DNA from: Octopus vulgaris
Taxonomy: Eukaryota
Assembly (NCBI GenBank): GCA_951406725.2
Contig: OX597836.1
Location: forward strand, 12,772,001 to 12,836,000
Reading direction: 5' to 3'
DNA length: 64,000 nucleotides
In this document: piece after piece, positions 41,571 through 54,737 of the stretch
How positions within the stretch are numbered: position 1 is the stretch's first letter
Layout of the letters: each line of letters opens with the position of its first letter
The notes under the pieces: generated by a model
What the model saw: the letters and a program-made list of their open reading frames with translations, nothing else
Told to the model about the DNA's origin: nothing
The model's database searches: none
Made by a program: the position numbers and the translations under genes

Positions 41571-42466
41571 GAATTTGTTGTTGCTTAAAGGTCAGACCAT
41601 CCCGTGTGATTTTATGTATTTCGGACATCATACAATTTCACCCTGAAAGTCGTGTGTGTGGTTTGCAGGAACTTACCAGCTATTTCTAGCATCACTATGA
41701 ACCACTTGGATGTTCTTATATGCACGCGTGCTTGTGTATATTCTGTGTCGATTAATCGTTAAAATCAACCAAAAGCTGATAACGGTTTTGTTTGGGAAAA
41801 CAGTCACTGCAGTAAAGGTCAAACTGTTGTTGTTGTTGCTGCTGCAGTTGTTATTCTTTAGCACCAGGTCAATCGTGATCAAACAGACACCTGAGATCAA
41901 AGACACTCCAGCCATGACTATCCCTTTACCCTTTTATCCTTTTACTTGTTTCAGTCATTTGACTGCGGCCATGCTGGAGCACCGCCTTTAGTCGAGCAAC
42001 TCGACTCCGGGACTTATTCTTTTGTAAGCCCAGTACTTATTCTATCGGTCTCTTTTGCCGAACCGCTACGTAACGGGGACATAAACACACCAGCATCGGT
42101 TGTCAAGCAATGCTAGGGGGACAAACACAGACACACAAACACACACACGCATATATATATATATACATATATACGACGGGCTTCTTTCAGTTTCCGCCTA
42201 CCAAATCCACTCACAAGGCTTTGGTCGGCCCGAGGCTATAGTAGAAGACACTTGCCCAAGGTGCCATGCAGTGGGACTGAACCCGGAACCATGTGGTTGG
42301 TAAACAAGCTTCTTGCCACACAGCCACTCCTGCGCCTTTTTTTTTTTTTTTTTTTTTAAACTTTTTCGGGACCCACACTGTTCAAAAAATGTCCCGTGTT
42401 TTTCCTTTGTTTGGGATCTTTTTAAGGACTGAAAGGTGATAGCTAAGGGCAATTTGGGCTGCTATA

Positions 42467-42828
42467 CAGGGTTGGCCAAAAGTCACCTGACAGTAAATCA
42501 AAACCTTTCCATTCCAAGATTCATTTATGTTTAAACAACTGAATGAATTCAATAAAAGCATCTAAATATGAAACATCATTAAAATAAGAAATAAGTGGAA
42601 ATTTTACCGGCGAGTGTGTTAAATTATAAGGCACAAAAAGAAACTCCCCAGACACAACATAATATGCTTCAACACACGAACTCACATAAAGAATCTTGCA
42701 AACCAAATCCAAAAAAATAGTTCAAACTGAAGGCCTTCTTGAGCGGCACATTTTTTTTCCATTCGAATGAAATATAGAATTATTTATGGAATTTTGGTTT
42801 ACTGTCGGGTGACTTTTGGCCAATCCTA
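42467..42828. mobile_element. Tc1/mariner-type MITE
   Basis: TIR CAGGGTTGGCCAAAAGTCACCTGACAGTAAA, with near reverse complement TTTACTGTCGGGTGACTTTTGGCCAATCCTA. Flanked by TA. Confidence 0.8.
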
Positions 42829-43177
42829 TATATACCAGGTGGAGCGACCGAGTAGAATCCACCACCACCACCACCACCGTCCCACTCATCAGGTAAAACC
42901 CTCCTACAGCAGACATGATCAGGGGCTTCCAAACTGTGTCTATACCATCATATTTACTCTTTTACTCTTTTACTTGTTTCAGTCATTTGACTGCGGCCCA
43001 TGCTGGAGCACCGCCTTTAGTCGAGCAAATCGACCCCGGGACTTATTCTTTTGTAAGCCCAGTACTTAGTCTATCGGTCTCCTTTTTGCCGAACTGCTAA
43101 GTGACGGGGACATAAACACACCAGCATCGGTTGTCAAGCAATGCTAGGGGGACAAACACAGACACACAAACACACAT

Positions 43178-43262
<85 letters not shown>

Positions 43263-43849
43263 TACGACGGGCTTCTTTCAGTTTCCGTCTACCAAATCCA
43301 CTCACAAGGCTTTGGTCGGCCCGAGGCTATAGCAGAAGACACTTGCCCAAGGTGCCACGCAGCGGGACTGAACCCGGAACCATGTGGTTGGTAAGCAAGC
43401 TACTTACCACACAGCCACTCCTGTAAACTATAACTTAGGCAATCCTTTACGTTACAGCTGAATGCTCCACATAATACATTACAAATTTGAACATCGTTAA
43501 ATCTTTTGAAAACACCAGCACTAATTAATTGTTCGACAAATTAAGTCATCCGGTCTATTAAGTCTATTGAAATATGATTTTGAAGCATAAAATATATACA
43601 TGCGTGTACAGATGATGTGTATATATATATATATACATGTAAACATTAAAAATAACCAAGATGTGTGTATATGTATATATATATATATATACACACACAC
43701 ATCTGTACACGCATGTATATATACATACATATATATACATATATGCACACATCTGTACACGCATGTACATATATATATACACACATATACTCATGTATAC
43801 ACCCAGCCACATGCACACACACTCACACACATACATGTGTATACATAAA

Positions 43850-43887
<38 letters not shown>

Positions 43888-44014
43888 GACATACACACAC
43901 ATATACATATATATATATTTGTACCCAGACATTTACACATACACACACACAAACACATAAACGGGATCACTGTAAGAATATTAAGCGCTCTTGGCAAGTC
44001 CTAAAGCGAGCGTA

Positions 44015-44520
44015 CCCTTCTCCTAGCCCTACATTCTGCGTGCCCTTCTCTCAGTCCTGCATTATGCAACCCCCTTTTTTCCCAGCCCTGCAATATGCAC
44101 CTTCCTTCTCTCAGCTCTACAATATGTGAGCCCTTTTTTTCCCAACCTTACAATGTGTATGCCCTTCTTCCCAGCCTTGCAGTATTTATGTCCCTTCCTC
44201 AGCCCTACAATGTACGCACACTCCTTCCTGTTCTACAACGTGCTTGTGCCCTTTTTTTCCCATCCCTACAATGTACATCTCCCTTCTCTCAGTTCTGCAA
44301 TATGTGAGCCCATCCCCCTCACAACCCCACAACGTGTATGCCCTTCCCCCAGCCTTGCAGTATTTATGTCCCTTCCCCAGCTCCTACAATGTACGCACCC
44401 TCCTTCCTGTTCTACAACGTGCTCGTGCCCTTTTTTTCCCAACCTTACAATGTGTATGCCCTTCTTCCCGCCTTACAATGTATGTCCTTTCTTCAGCCTA
44501 ACCCTTACCCTTACAATGAG
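44015..44520. repeat. Degenerate minisatellite of about 30 bp with a higher-order period of about 180 bp
   Basis: CCCTTC..CCCAGCC.TACAATGT units; CCAGCCTTGCAGTATTTATGTCCCTTC recurs at about 44172 and 44349. Confidence 0.8.
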
Positions 44521-45262
44521 TTAGTTAACCCTTCCCCTTACTCTGCTGGATGGAAGCACTCCATCGGTTACGACGGCGAGGGTTCCGGTTGATCCGATCA
44601 ACGGAACAGCCTGCTCGTGAAATTAACGTGTAAGTGGCTGAGCACTCCACAGACACGTGTACCCTTAACGTAGTTCTCGGGGATATTCAGCGTGACACAG
44701 AGAGTGACAAGGCCGGCCCTTTGAAATACGGGTACAACAGAAACAGGAAGTAAGAGTGAGAGAAAGTTGTGGTGAAAGAGTACAGCAGGGATCACCACTA
44801 TCCCCTGCCGGAGCCTCGTGGAGCTTTTAGGTGTTTTCGCTCAATAAACACTCACAACGCCCGGTCTGGGAATCGAAACCGCGATCCTATGACCGCGAGT
44901 CCGCTGCCCTAACCACTGGGCCATTGCGCCTCCACTCCCATACTCTACAACGTGCTTTCTCTTCCCCCAGTCACTACTCCTTAGCTTACAATATACACAC
45001 AAAAAAACAAGGCAAAGGTAAAGAATACGCACACTACCCCTTTTCGGCGTTTAGAGTTAGGGTTACGCCGAAAACGGGTGGTGTGCGTATTCTTTACCTC
45101 CGCCCCAAAAACAAGTGGAAAAATCCCAATCAAAACAGAGAAAAGGCACGAATTTTGAGAAAGGAAAAAACATGTGGGGCGCAGGTGTGGTTGTGTGGTA
45201 AGAGGTTTGCTTCCCAACCACATGCTTCCGAGTTCAAGCCCACTGTGTGACACCATGGGCGC

Positions 45263-45651
45263 GGAGGCGCAATGGCCCAGTGGTTAGGGCAGCGGACTCG
45301 CGGTCATAGGATCGCGGTTTCGATTCCCAGACCGGGCGTTGTGAGTGTTTATTGAGCGAAAACACCTAAAAGCTGCACGAGGCTCCGGCAGGGGATGGTG
45401 GTGATCCCTGCTGTACTCTTTCACCACAACTTTCTCTCACACTTACTTCCTGTTTCTGTTGTACCTGTATTTCAAAGGGCCGGCCTTGTCACTCTCTGTG
45501 TCACGCTGAATATCCCCGAGAACTACGTTAAGGGTACACGTGTCTGTGGAGTGCTCAGCCACTTACACGTTAATTTCACGAGCAGGCTGTTCCGTTGATT
45601 CGGATCAACCGGAACCCCTCATTGTCGTAACCGACGGAGTGCTTCCATCCA
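45263..45651 (+). mobile_element. SINE family C (tRNA-like head GGAGGCGCAATGGCCCAGTGGTTAGGG), young copy with TSD
   Basis: 12-bp TSD ACACCATGGGCG at 45250-45261 and 45653-45664, inserted into a family A head. Near-identical - copies at 44547-44933 and 63377-63770; more diverged ones at about 27260-27612 and 61850-62033. Confidence 0.9.
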
Positions 45652-46396
45652 TACACCATGGGCGTGTGTTTTCTGCCTTAGCCTTGGGCCGACCAAAGCT
45701 TTGTAAGTGGATTTAGTAGACTGAAACTGAGATTTTAGAGGATTAGAGTGAACTTGCAGAGTAATGTGTTATAGCAAAACAATTATGGTAAAGGGGACAG
45801 CATCAGCATCTGCAACATCAACATCAATACCATTAATATCAATGAAATCACAATGGAATTACGGAGATGTACTTGCATAGCAAGTGACCTGATCTGAGAT
45901 CGTGTGCTGGAACGAAAACAATTGCAGCCTGGAAGGTGTTTATAAGCCATTTAAGAAACCCACAAAAACCGTTAGATTCACTTCAACATTTAAATTTAAT
46001 TTGTCAAAATATTTTCGTCGCATTGAGACCGCGACCTGTTCACTGACAAAGCTCCGTGCTGCATCTGGATAATCTTCCAAAATAATAATAGAAGTAACAA
46101 TACCAATAACCCTGGGGTAATAATTATACAACGACAAGCGGTAATAATTCCAATACTGGTTGGAAGTAGAACATTCAAGTTAGAATAAAATATAAAATTA
46201 TAAACGGATGAAATAGGACAATTAAATTAAATTAGAAAATTTATTTTTTGATTTTTTGATTTAAAAAAAAAAGATTTTAAAGCCACAGAAGTGGGTTATA
46301 TATATATATATATATATGTATATAATCTGTACACGCATGTACATATATATACACACACATATACTCATGTATACACCCACCCACATGCACACACAC

Positions 46397-46441
<45 letters not shown>

Positions 46442-46699
46442 CATACACATACACACACACGTATATATATATATATATATACATATACATGTGTATACAT
46501 ATATATATATCTACATACACACATATATATATGTGTGTGTGTACCCAGACATTTACATTTATACATACACATGCCAACATATATATAAACATTAAAAATA
46601 ACCTAGGTAATGTAATTTACATCTTTAAAGCGCAGCGAAATGAAGCTCAATAAAATAATTTGAAAACCTATAAACATATACATAAAAAAAATTACATAA

Positions 46700-47500
46700 A
46701 AACGTAGGTAATTCACATTCATTGCCTTGCCACTACGCCCACCTCGACCGATATCTGTCACTATATTATTAAAGATTATTAGCGAACCTGCCAAATGATT
46801 TATTAAAAAAAAAACAAAAAAAATGTTTACACCTGCCTACGGTTAACGAGGTTACCCACTGCTTTGAGGATTTGAAATGACTCCTATAATCAAGGTTTGC
46901 ATCTCGTTCTACCTATTTCATAAAGTTTAGCTCTACTTAGGATTGACCATTCCAGTTCGTATTCTGCTTTTTCTTCCCTAAGTTGCCATATTAACTTGCT
47001 AAGTGATGTCACATTTTGCTTTTATGTCTAAATGATGAGATGTGGTTATAATATCGTAACTTAAATATCGTGGTCAAACATCCTATGTATTTATAAGTTA
47101 TGTTCTGGGTAACTACTGCACAATGATATACCACGTTCCTTTCTAAGCAAGGTTTATTTAAAGGACTAAAAGTAGCACAATATGAAGGAAAGCGCCGGTT
47201 GTAACTGTAGAGGAGGTAGGAAATGTGTTAAATAAACCTTGCTTAGAAAGGAACTTGGTATATCAATGTGCAGTAGTTACCCAGAACATAACTTATAAAT
47301 ACATAGAATGTTGTGCCACAATATTTAAGTTACGATATTATGACCACATCTCATCATTTAGACATAAGCAAAATGTGACATCACTTAGCAAGTTAATATG
47401 GCAACTTAGGGAAGAAAAAGTAGAATACGAACTGAAAGGGTCAATCCTCCGTAGAGCTAAACCTTCTGAAATAGGTAGGACCGAGATGCAAACCTTGATT
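46700..47500. mobile_element. Penelope-like element GIY-YIG region present as an inverted pair
   Basis: The + copy reads GCNCRGGRKC..LNKPCLERNLVYQCAV...YKYIECCATIFKLRYYDHISSFRH...TSLSKLIWQLRE. The - copy retains YIG and WSIL..A..Y....RC. The arms 46888-47161 and 47228-47500 are reverse complements. Confidence 0.8.
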
Positions 47501-48269
47501 AGACAACCGTCCGACCTTTATCTCTTGGAGTCAAAAGACTTAAGACTTATTCGAAGCAGTGTAGAAAACTGTATTGTCGCAGGTTATTCGCATCTGACGG
47601 ACTCCCACTCAGTTTTCGTCCACTGAATTCACTCAGAAGGCATTTGTCGGCCCGGGGCTGTGGTAGAAGATACTTGCCGTGCCCAAGGTGCCGCGCAGTG
47701 GGACTGAACCCAAAGCCGCGCGGTTGCAAAGCGAGCCTCTTAACCACACAGCCATGCTGGCCTCGTCTTAACGCACGTACACAGGGTCGCGCATTGCTTT
47801 TCCTTACACTTCTTCATATACGACGTTCCGTCACACGCCGTGTTTAGCTCTCTCTCTCTCTCTCTCTCTCTGTTAATCACTCATTCTCATTTAATTGTAT
47901 ATATTTTAATTTGTTTGTTTATTCATACGTTTCGTTTCGTCTCATTCGATACCCTGACCCCCAACGTTTGTTTTGTCTGTCCCCCCACCCCCGTATTGTC
48001 CCCTCTTTTTCTCAACCTTATGGTGAATAAAGAAATACTCTCTCCCTCTCTCTCTCTCTCTCCCTCTCTCTCTCCCTCCCCCTCTCTCTCACACACACAC
48101 ACACACACTTACTTTAACCCTTCACACGCTACACTTTCTCTAACCCACATTAACCCCGCCCATCAAACTCAACTATAAATCCATCCCACTATATTATCTG
48201 ATAGGAGGTATATATATATATATAGATAACTATACATACATACACACAATATATATACATATATATATA

Positions 48270-48469
48270 TATATATTGACGTGCTTACGGTCACGTTTCC
48301 TCGCTCATAGTCCAGTTGTTTATCGAGGCAATCCTCTGACAAACATTAATAGACTGTAGTACATCTTCGCCCTATACAACTTGGGTATATTCCAGCTCCG
48401 CTTTTATTTTGAGTCCCCGTCGTTAATTCGTTCTTCGTTCTGACATCAAGTTCATCCGGTTGTCACATA
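48270..48469 (+). promoter_or_regulatory. Putative promoter/5'UTR of the proximal first exon
   Basis: Unique, relatively CpG-rich sequence with TGACGTG and GTCACGT (CRE/E-box-like) motifs immediately upstream of the ATG and donor. Confidence 0.4.
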
Positions 48470-48477
48470 ATGGTTCA
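48470..48477 (+). CDS. TMEM205: Candidate first coding exon (proximal) of the TMEM205-like gene: ATG GTT CA|gtaagt
   Basis: Perfect GTAAGT donor in phase 2, which matches acceptor 60377 and gives M-V-H-V-T-H. It is preceded by about 190 bp of non-repetitive, CpG-containing sequence. The link to TMEM205 is inferred from phase only. Confidence 0.55.
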
Positions 48478-48645
48478 GTAAGTCGCACTTCTTTCTGTTT
48501 ATATATATATATATATAATGTTTTTATTTTCGTATTTGCTTATGTATCTTCGTGTGTGGACGTGAGTCGGTGATCCGTTGATACTTGTATGCCTCTGTGA
48601 GTGTGTGTGTATATACATATACATAAACATATATATACACGTAAG

Positions 48646-49297
48646 GTACTATTTAAGAAGAGTGGGGCCCAGTGCGCGCACTCGCGTCCTCGCGCATTCG
48701 CGCTAGCTAGTCGTGACTAGTCGATCCTAGAACGACTACCAAGCAGAGTAGATAAAACACAAAATAAATAATTTTTTTAAAAAACAAAGTAGATAAAACG
48801 CAGTAGATGAGGCGCAGGAGTGGCTGTGTGGTAAGTAGCTTGCTAACCAACCACATGGTTCCGGGTTCAGTCCCACTGCGTGGCATCTTGGGCAAGTGTC
48901 TTCTGCTATAGCCCCGGGATGACCAATGCCTTGTGAGTGGATTTGGTAGACGGAAACTGAAAGAAGCCTGTCGTATATATGTATATATATATATATGTTT
49001 GTGTGTCTGTGTTTGTCCCCCTAGCATTGCTTGACAACCGATGCTGGTGTGTTTACGTCCCCGTCACTTAGCAGTTCGGCAAAAGAGACCAATAGAATAA
49101 GTACTGGACTTACAAAGAATAAGTCCCGGGGTCGATTTGCTCGACTAAAGGCGGTGCTCCAGCATGGCCGCAGTCAAATGACTGAAACAAATAAAAGAAA
49201 AAAAGAATAAAAAAAAGAAAAACACATAGTAAGAATCGATTAGTCACGACTAGCTTACGCGAGTGCGCGCACCGGGACCACTCTTCTTAAATAGTAC
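48646..49297. mobile_element. MITE with CpG-rich TIRs of about 60-80 bp and a nested SINE (48810-49205)
   Basis: GTACTATTTAAGAAGAGTGG..GTGCGCGCACTCGCG..GCTAGTCGTGACTA versus TAGTCACGACTAGC..CGCGAGTGCGCGCAC..CCACTCTTCTTAAATAGTAC. Confidence 0.8.
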
Positions 49298-49989
49298 ATA
49301 CACGTAAAGTATACGTATGCATGTAAATGTGTGTGTGTGTATGTGTAACTAAAGAATTTGGGGCGGACGTGGGACTTGGGAAGCACCCACAAGTTGGAAT
49401 TTCTCCGTTTTGACGAGGTTTTTCAAGGAAGTAGTCATGGGACATGCTAGAAACGAGGAAGATGGCCATAGAATATGCTACAAACGAGGAAGGTGCTCAT
49501 GGGAAATACTAGAAACAACAGCCAAATCTTCCTTTAATCACACACCTTGGCGGCGCCGGACTTCGGAAGCACCAACAAATTGGAATTTCTCTGTTTTGAT
49601 GGGGATTTTTCAGAATGTTTTTTTTACAATACTCTGAAATATTTTTATAGCAGAAGAAAAAAAAAAAACATTATTTTTCGGAAATTCTTTTTGCTAAAAA
49701 GATGGTCCAGAGCGTTTCCAAGAAAACCGTGAAAAAAAAATCTGAAAAATCCAACTTGGTGTTTCCTAACTCCGACGTCCGCCGCACTGTCTCCCACGAA
49801 GTACAATATCCAGTGTGAACTTACTTTAATAATAATAATAATAATAATAAACAACCAACCACATAGTTCCGGGTTCGGTCCCACTGCATGGCACCTTGGG
49901 CAAGTGTCTTCTACTATAGCCTCGGGCCGACCAAAGCCCTGTGGGTGGATTTGGTAGACGGAAACTGAAAGAAGCCCGTCGCATATATG

Positions 49990-50020
<31 letters not shown>

Positions 50021-53000
50021 GTGTGTATATGTTTGTGTGTCTGTGTTTGTCCCCCCCCCCCCCAACATCGCTTGACAACTGATGTTGGTGTGTTTACGTC
50101 CCTGTAACTTAGCGGTTCGGCAAAAGACACCGATAGAATAAGTACTAGGCTTACAACAAAGAATAAGTCCTGGCGGGGGTGTCGATTTTACTCGACTAAA
50201 AGGCGGTGCTCCAGCATGGCCGCAGTCAAATGACTGAAACAAGTAAAAGAGTAAAGAAAGAGTTTAGGAGACACGATAGGGGAAATTTTGCTGTTATTTC
50301 TAGCCGATCAAAGAACCACGTATAGGCCACTTCAAACTTTGGTGCGTGCAAGTTCGTGTTTGTTTATTTTGGTGGCTCTTACTGCTGACAATAATTGTTG
50401 TTAAACATTGAATACAGGGGAACAGACGAACGTTTCAAGGCTAACTAAAAATAACCCAATTTCAGAAAATTTGCTAGGCCGAGATAAACCATTCGTTTAC
50501 TCTTATTTTGGCTCTGATCATTTGAAGATAAGTTTTAAAGTTTTACTGTTTTTTCTTAAGAAAAAGAATTATTGGAAAAATTTGGGGTTTTCTTTGTTTT
50601 GTTTTCTGTTATTTTGCCTTTCGTGTGAAATATTTGTTTTTCAGAATTAAAACTTTACAATTATTGATAATTTATAGAAAATATATTTATGAGACTTTTT
50701 GATATTCAGGTTTCGCATAAACTTTGTGCGACATGGAAAAATTCTATTGTTAAAGTTTTTTTGTAAACAAAACGTAAGGTCGCTCGCATTTTGTCAATTT
50801 CCTTGTGTGTGTGTGTGTGTGTACACATATGTATATACATGTGTGTGTAAACACACACACACGTATATAGTTCGTAGATGAGAATCGGGTATTCTCCGTA
50901 TAGAAAACACCTAGTGCTCTGGAGGTTTAAACTTGAGTAAATGTAAGGATAAACAAATCTTTGTATCTAAACATATTCTCTCTCTCTCTCTCTCTCTCTC
51001 TTTACTCTTTTACTTGTTTCAGTCATTTGACTGCGGCCATGCTGGAGCAGAGCCTTTAGTCGAGCAAGTCGACCCCAGGACTTATTCTTTGCAAACCTAG
51101 TACTTATTCTATCGGTCTCTTTTTGCCGAACCGTTAAATTATGGGGACGTAAACACACTAACATCAGTCGTCAAGCGATGGTGGGGGCACGAACAGACAC
51201 ATACATACACGCACACATACATATATACACATATATACGACGGGCTTCCTTCAGTTTCCGTCTACCAAATCCACTCACAAGGCTTTGGTCGGCCCGGGGC
51301 TATAGCAGAAGACACTTGCCCAAGGTGCCACGCAGTGGGACTGAACCCGGAAGCATGTGGTTGGTAAGCAAGCTACTTACCACACAGCCACTCCTACGCA
51401 CTTTTGTTTTTTGTATTTAGTGTATTAAATATTCTTCGTTTATCCACCTACCTAACTTGCTTATCCTTACATGTACACACACACACACATACATACACAC
51501 ACACACATATGCATACACTCACGTGCGTGTGTATGTCCCCTTTTCTTAGTCTTATCCGACAAATTGTAGTGCACACCTGATCGCTGTACAATCAATCCGT
51601 TATTAATCTTTGCTAACCCCTAGTGGTTGATAACGGAAGCATTATTACTATCACAACCACTACCACCACCACCACAACCACCACCACCGCTACTGCATAT
51701 AATTGGGACTTATTGCATCTCAAGAGGCTGGACTCCAGATTAACTTGTACCACATTCTGAGCAATACTGTCTTTTAACTTCTTAAACCGCTGTTAATCCT
51801 TGTGGATTAACTGCTGTTAATCCATCAGCCCCCTCCCTGGTCAGCCCTGATCGAGCAGACCCATGATCAAAAATATTCCGATCGTAAGCATCCAGCTTCC
51901 TCTCCACCATCGTACGATAGTATATCTATCTAAAAAGTATGCAGTGTCCTTCTTCGTTTAAGACAGTGGGAAGTGTTACGAGGGATATTCAACTGCTGTT
52001 TCTAGCATGTCTAACGACCGTGTAGGGACATCCGCCTACAAGTCGTCCTTGTTCTGTTGTTGAGTTATAAATACATTACGAGTGCGAGACATCGATCGTC
52101 TTGACTATAGAAGACGCATACGTTAAAACGTGTTTGTGTATATAATGTGTATACACACACACACACAAGCATTCGTAGGATTTCAATGTAGAAGATTATG
52201 GTGAGGAGGGGGTCTCTCTTGACAGTAGTAAAGGTTAGAGATCGGCAGAGAAGTGGTGGCACAGGACAAGCTAGCTTTGTCTGGCTGTGAAAAACGTAGT
52301 TGTGACCTAGACTCCTGAGGTGTGTGTGTAGATATACACGCATACATAAATACATACACAATAGATACATACAAATTTGTAAGACTTCCCAGCTCTTTTA
52401 CTTGTTTCAGTCATTTGACTGTGGCCATGCTGGAGCACCGCCTTTAGTCGAGCAAATCGACCCCCCCAGGACTTATTCTTTTGTAAGCCTAGTACTTATT
52501 CTATCGGTCTCTTATGCCGAACCGCTAAGTTACGGGGGACGTAAGCATACCTATTTCTTTACTACCCACAAGGGTAGTAAACACAGAGGGGACAAACAAG
52601 GACAGACAAACGGATTAAGTCGATTACATCGACCCCAGTGCGTAACTGGTACTAAATCTATCGACCCCGAAAGGATGAAAGGCAAAGTCGACCTCGGTGG
52701 AATTTGAACTCAGAACATAACGGCAGACGAAATAGCGCTAGGCATTTCGCCCGGCATGCTAACGATTCTGCCAGCTCGCCGCCCTCATACCAGCATCGGT
52801 TGTCAAGTGATGTTGAGGGACAAACATATACACACACATACATACATATATACGACGGGCTTCTTTCAGTTTCCGTCTACCAAATCCACTCACAAGGTTT
52901 TGGTTGGCCGAAGGCTATAGTGGAAGACACTTGCCCAAGGTGCCACGCAGTGGGACTGAACCCGGAACCATGTGGTTCGTAAGCAAGCTACCTCCTGAAG

Positions 53001-53348
53001 GTAAAAATGATTTATGCAATGTGGCCAGTATGCCTACATTGCAAAAAAAGTACCAATGACTTGAAATTAACAAGACTTGGGAGAGGAAGACTTTCCCCCA
53101 GGGGAGACACATGGAGGTAGGATATTAAAGCAGAACTGAAAAAGCAGGGATTTACTCTTTACTCTTTTACTTGTTTCAGTCATTTGACTGCAGCCATGCT
53201 GGAGCACCACCTTTAGTCGAGCAAATCGACCCTGGGACTTTTTCTTTGTAAGCCCAGTACTTATTCTATCGGTCTCTTTTGCCGAACCGCTAAGTTACGG
53301 GGACGTAAACACACCAGCATTGGTTGTCAAGCAATGCTAGGGGGACAA

Positions 53349-53379
<31 letters not shown>

Positions 53380-53762
53380 CATATATACGACAGGCTTCTT
53401 TCAGTTTCCGTCTACCAAATCCACTCACAAGGCATTGGTCGGCCCGGGGCTATAGCAGAAGACAGTTGCCCAAGATGCCACGCAGTGGGACTGAACCCGG
53501 AAACATGTGGTTGGTTAGCAAGCTACTTACCACACAGCCACTCCTGCGCCTATGATTGGAGAAAAGTAAAAAAGACAACCCAGAATCGAGAATAGTGAAG
53601 AAGATCTCATTGACAGCTTATGCTCAGTAGGGAGCAAAGGGGTTAAGAAAGTTTGATGCAGTAGGGACCAGTAAATAGACCGTGACTGAGAACAGTTCTG
53701 TAAGGATGGTCATTGGCCAGAATATCTTTAACTAAATGCCTGCTTAATACAGTTCTATATTG

Positions 53763-54460
53763 TCCGTTGCCAGCCTCGCCTGGCACCCGTGCCGGTGGCA
53801 CGTAGCACCATCCGTTCGTGGCCGTTGCCAGCCGCGCCTGGCCCCTGTGCCGGTGGCACGTAAAAGCACCATCCGTTCGTGGCCGTTTGCCAGCCGCGCC
53901 TGGCACCTGTGCGGGTGGCACGTAAAAGCACCATCCGTTCGTGGCCGTTTGCCAGCTCCGTCTGGCACCTGTGCGGGTGGCACGTAAAAGCACCATCCGT
54001 TCGTGGCCGTTTGCCAGCCGCGCCTGGCCCCCGTGCTGGTGGCACGTAAAAGCACCATCCGTTCGTGGCCGTTTGCCAGCTCCGTCTGGCACCCGTGCCG
54101 GTGGCACGTAGCACCATCCGTTCGTGGCCGTTTGCCAGCATCGCCTGGCCCCCGTGCTGGTGGCACGTAAAAGCACCATCCGTCCGTGGCCGTTTGCCAG
54201 CCTCGCCTGGCCCCCCCGTGCCGGTGGCACGTAAAAAGCACCGTCCGTCCGTGGCTGTTTGCCAGCTCCGTCTGGCACCTGTGCGAGTGGCACGTAAAAA
54301 TGCACCCACTACACTCACGGAGTGGTTGGCGTTAGGAAGGGCATCCAGCCGTAGAAACACTGCCAGATCAGACTGGGCCTGATGCAGCCTTCTGGCTTCA
54401 CAATCCCCAGTTGAACCGTCCAACCCATGCCAGCATGGAAAGCGGACACTAAATGATGAG
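53763..54460 (+). repeat. GC-rich minisatellite (about 9 units of 56-62 bp) running into a retroposon 3' end
   Basis: Unit GCCAGC..CTGGCACC.GTGC.GGTGGCACGTAAAAGCACCATCCGTTCGTGGCCGTTT. The final unit continues into GGCGTTAGGAAGGGCATCCAG...GCATGGAAAGCGGAC..(TGA)n, which is also seen at about 59470-59670. Confidence 0.85.
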
Positions 54461-54483
54461 GATTTAAGAGATGAGGAGTTATG

Positions 54484-54737
54484 TACATTATTTACATTCG
54501 ACAGATATTTGGCCTCATCTTGTTTGACGTTTCGGCTGATATACCGTCCAGCCTTCTTCAGGTGTCTCGTGGAAATTTCGACCCTGGGTTCTCATTCCTA
54601 AGGTCTTTTTCAATGTTATTATTATTAATATTATTATTATTGTTGTTGTTATTGTTAGTGTTCAGGTCACTGCCTGGAATCGAACTCGGAATCTTGGGGT
54701 TAGTAACCCGCGCTCTTAACCACTACGCCATATGCCC
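54484..54737 (-). mobile_element. tRNA-headed short element with hammerhead motif (copy 2, inverted)
   Basis: Reverse complement of 54830-55083. Hammerhead GACAC-CTGAAGA-A-GGCTG..CAGCC-GAAA-CGTC at 54526-54566. Confidence 0.7.

Noticed and set aside
52198-52206. ATG|GTGAGG as a third start exon
   Set aside because: A phase 0 donor cannot join exon 60377 in frame.
53643-54423. Three overlapping repetitive ORFs and a CRISPR-like regular array
   Set aside because: A tandem minisatellite with no unique spacers and no cas genes, in a eukaryotic context, contiguous with a retroposon tail.
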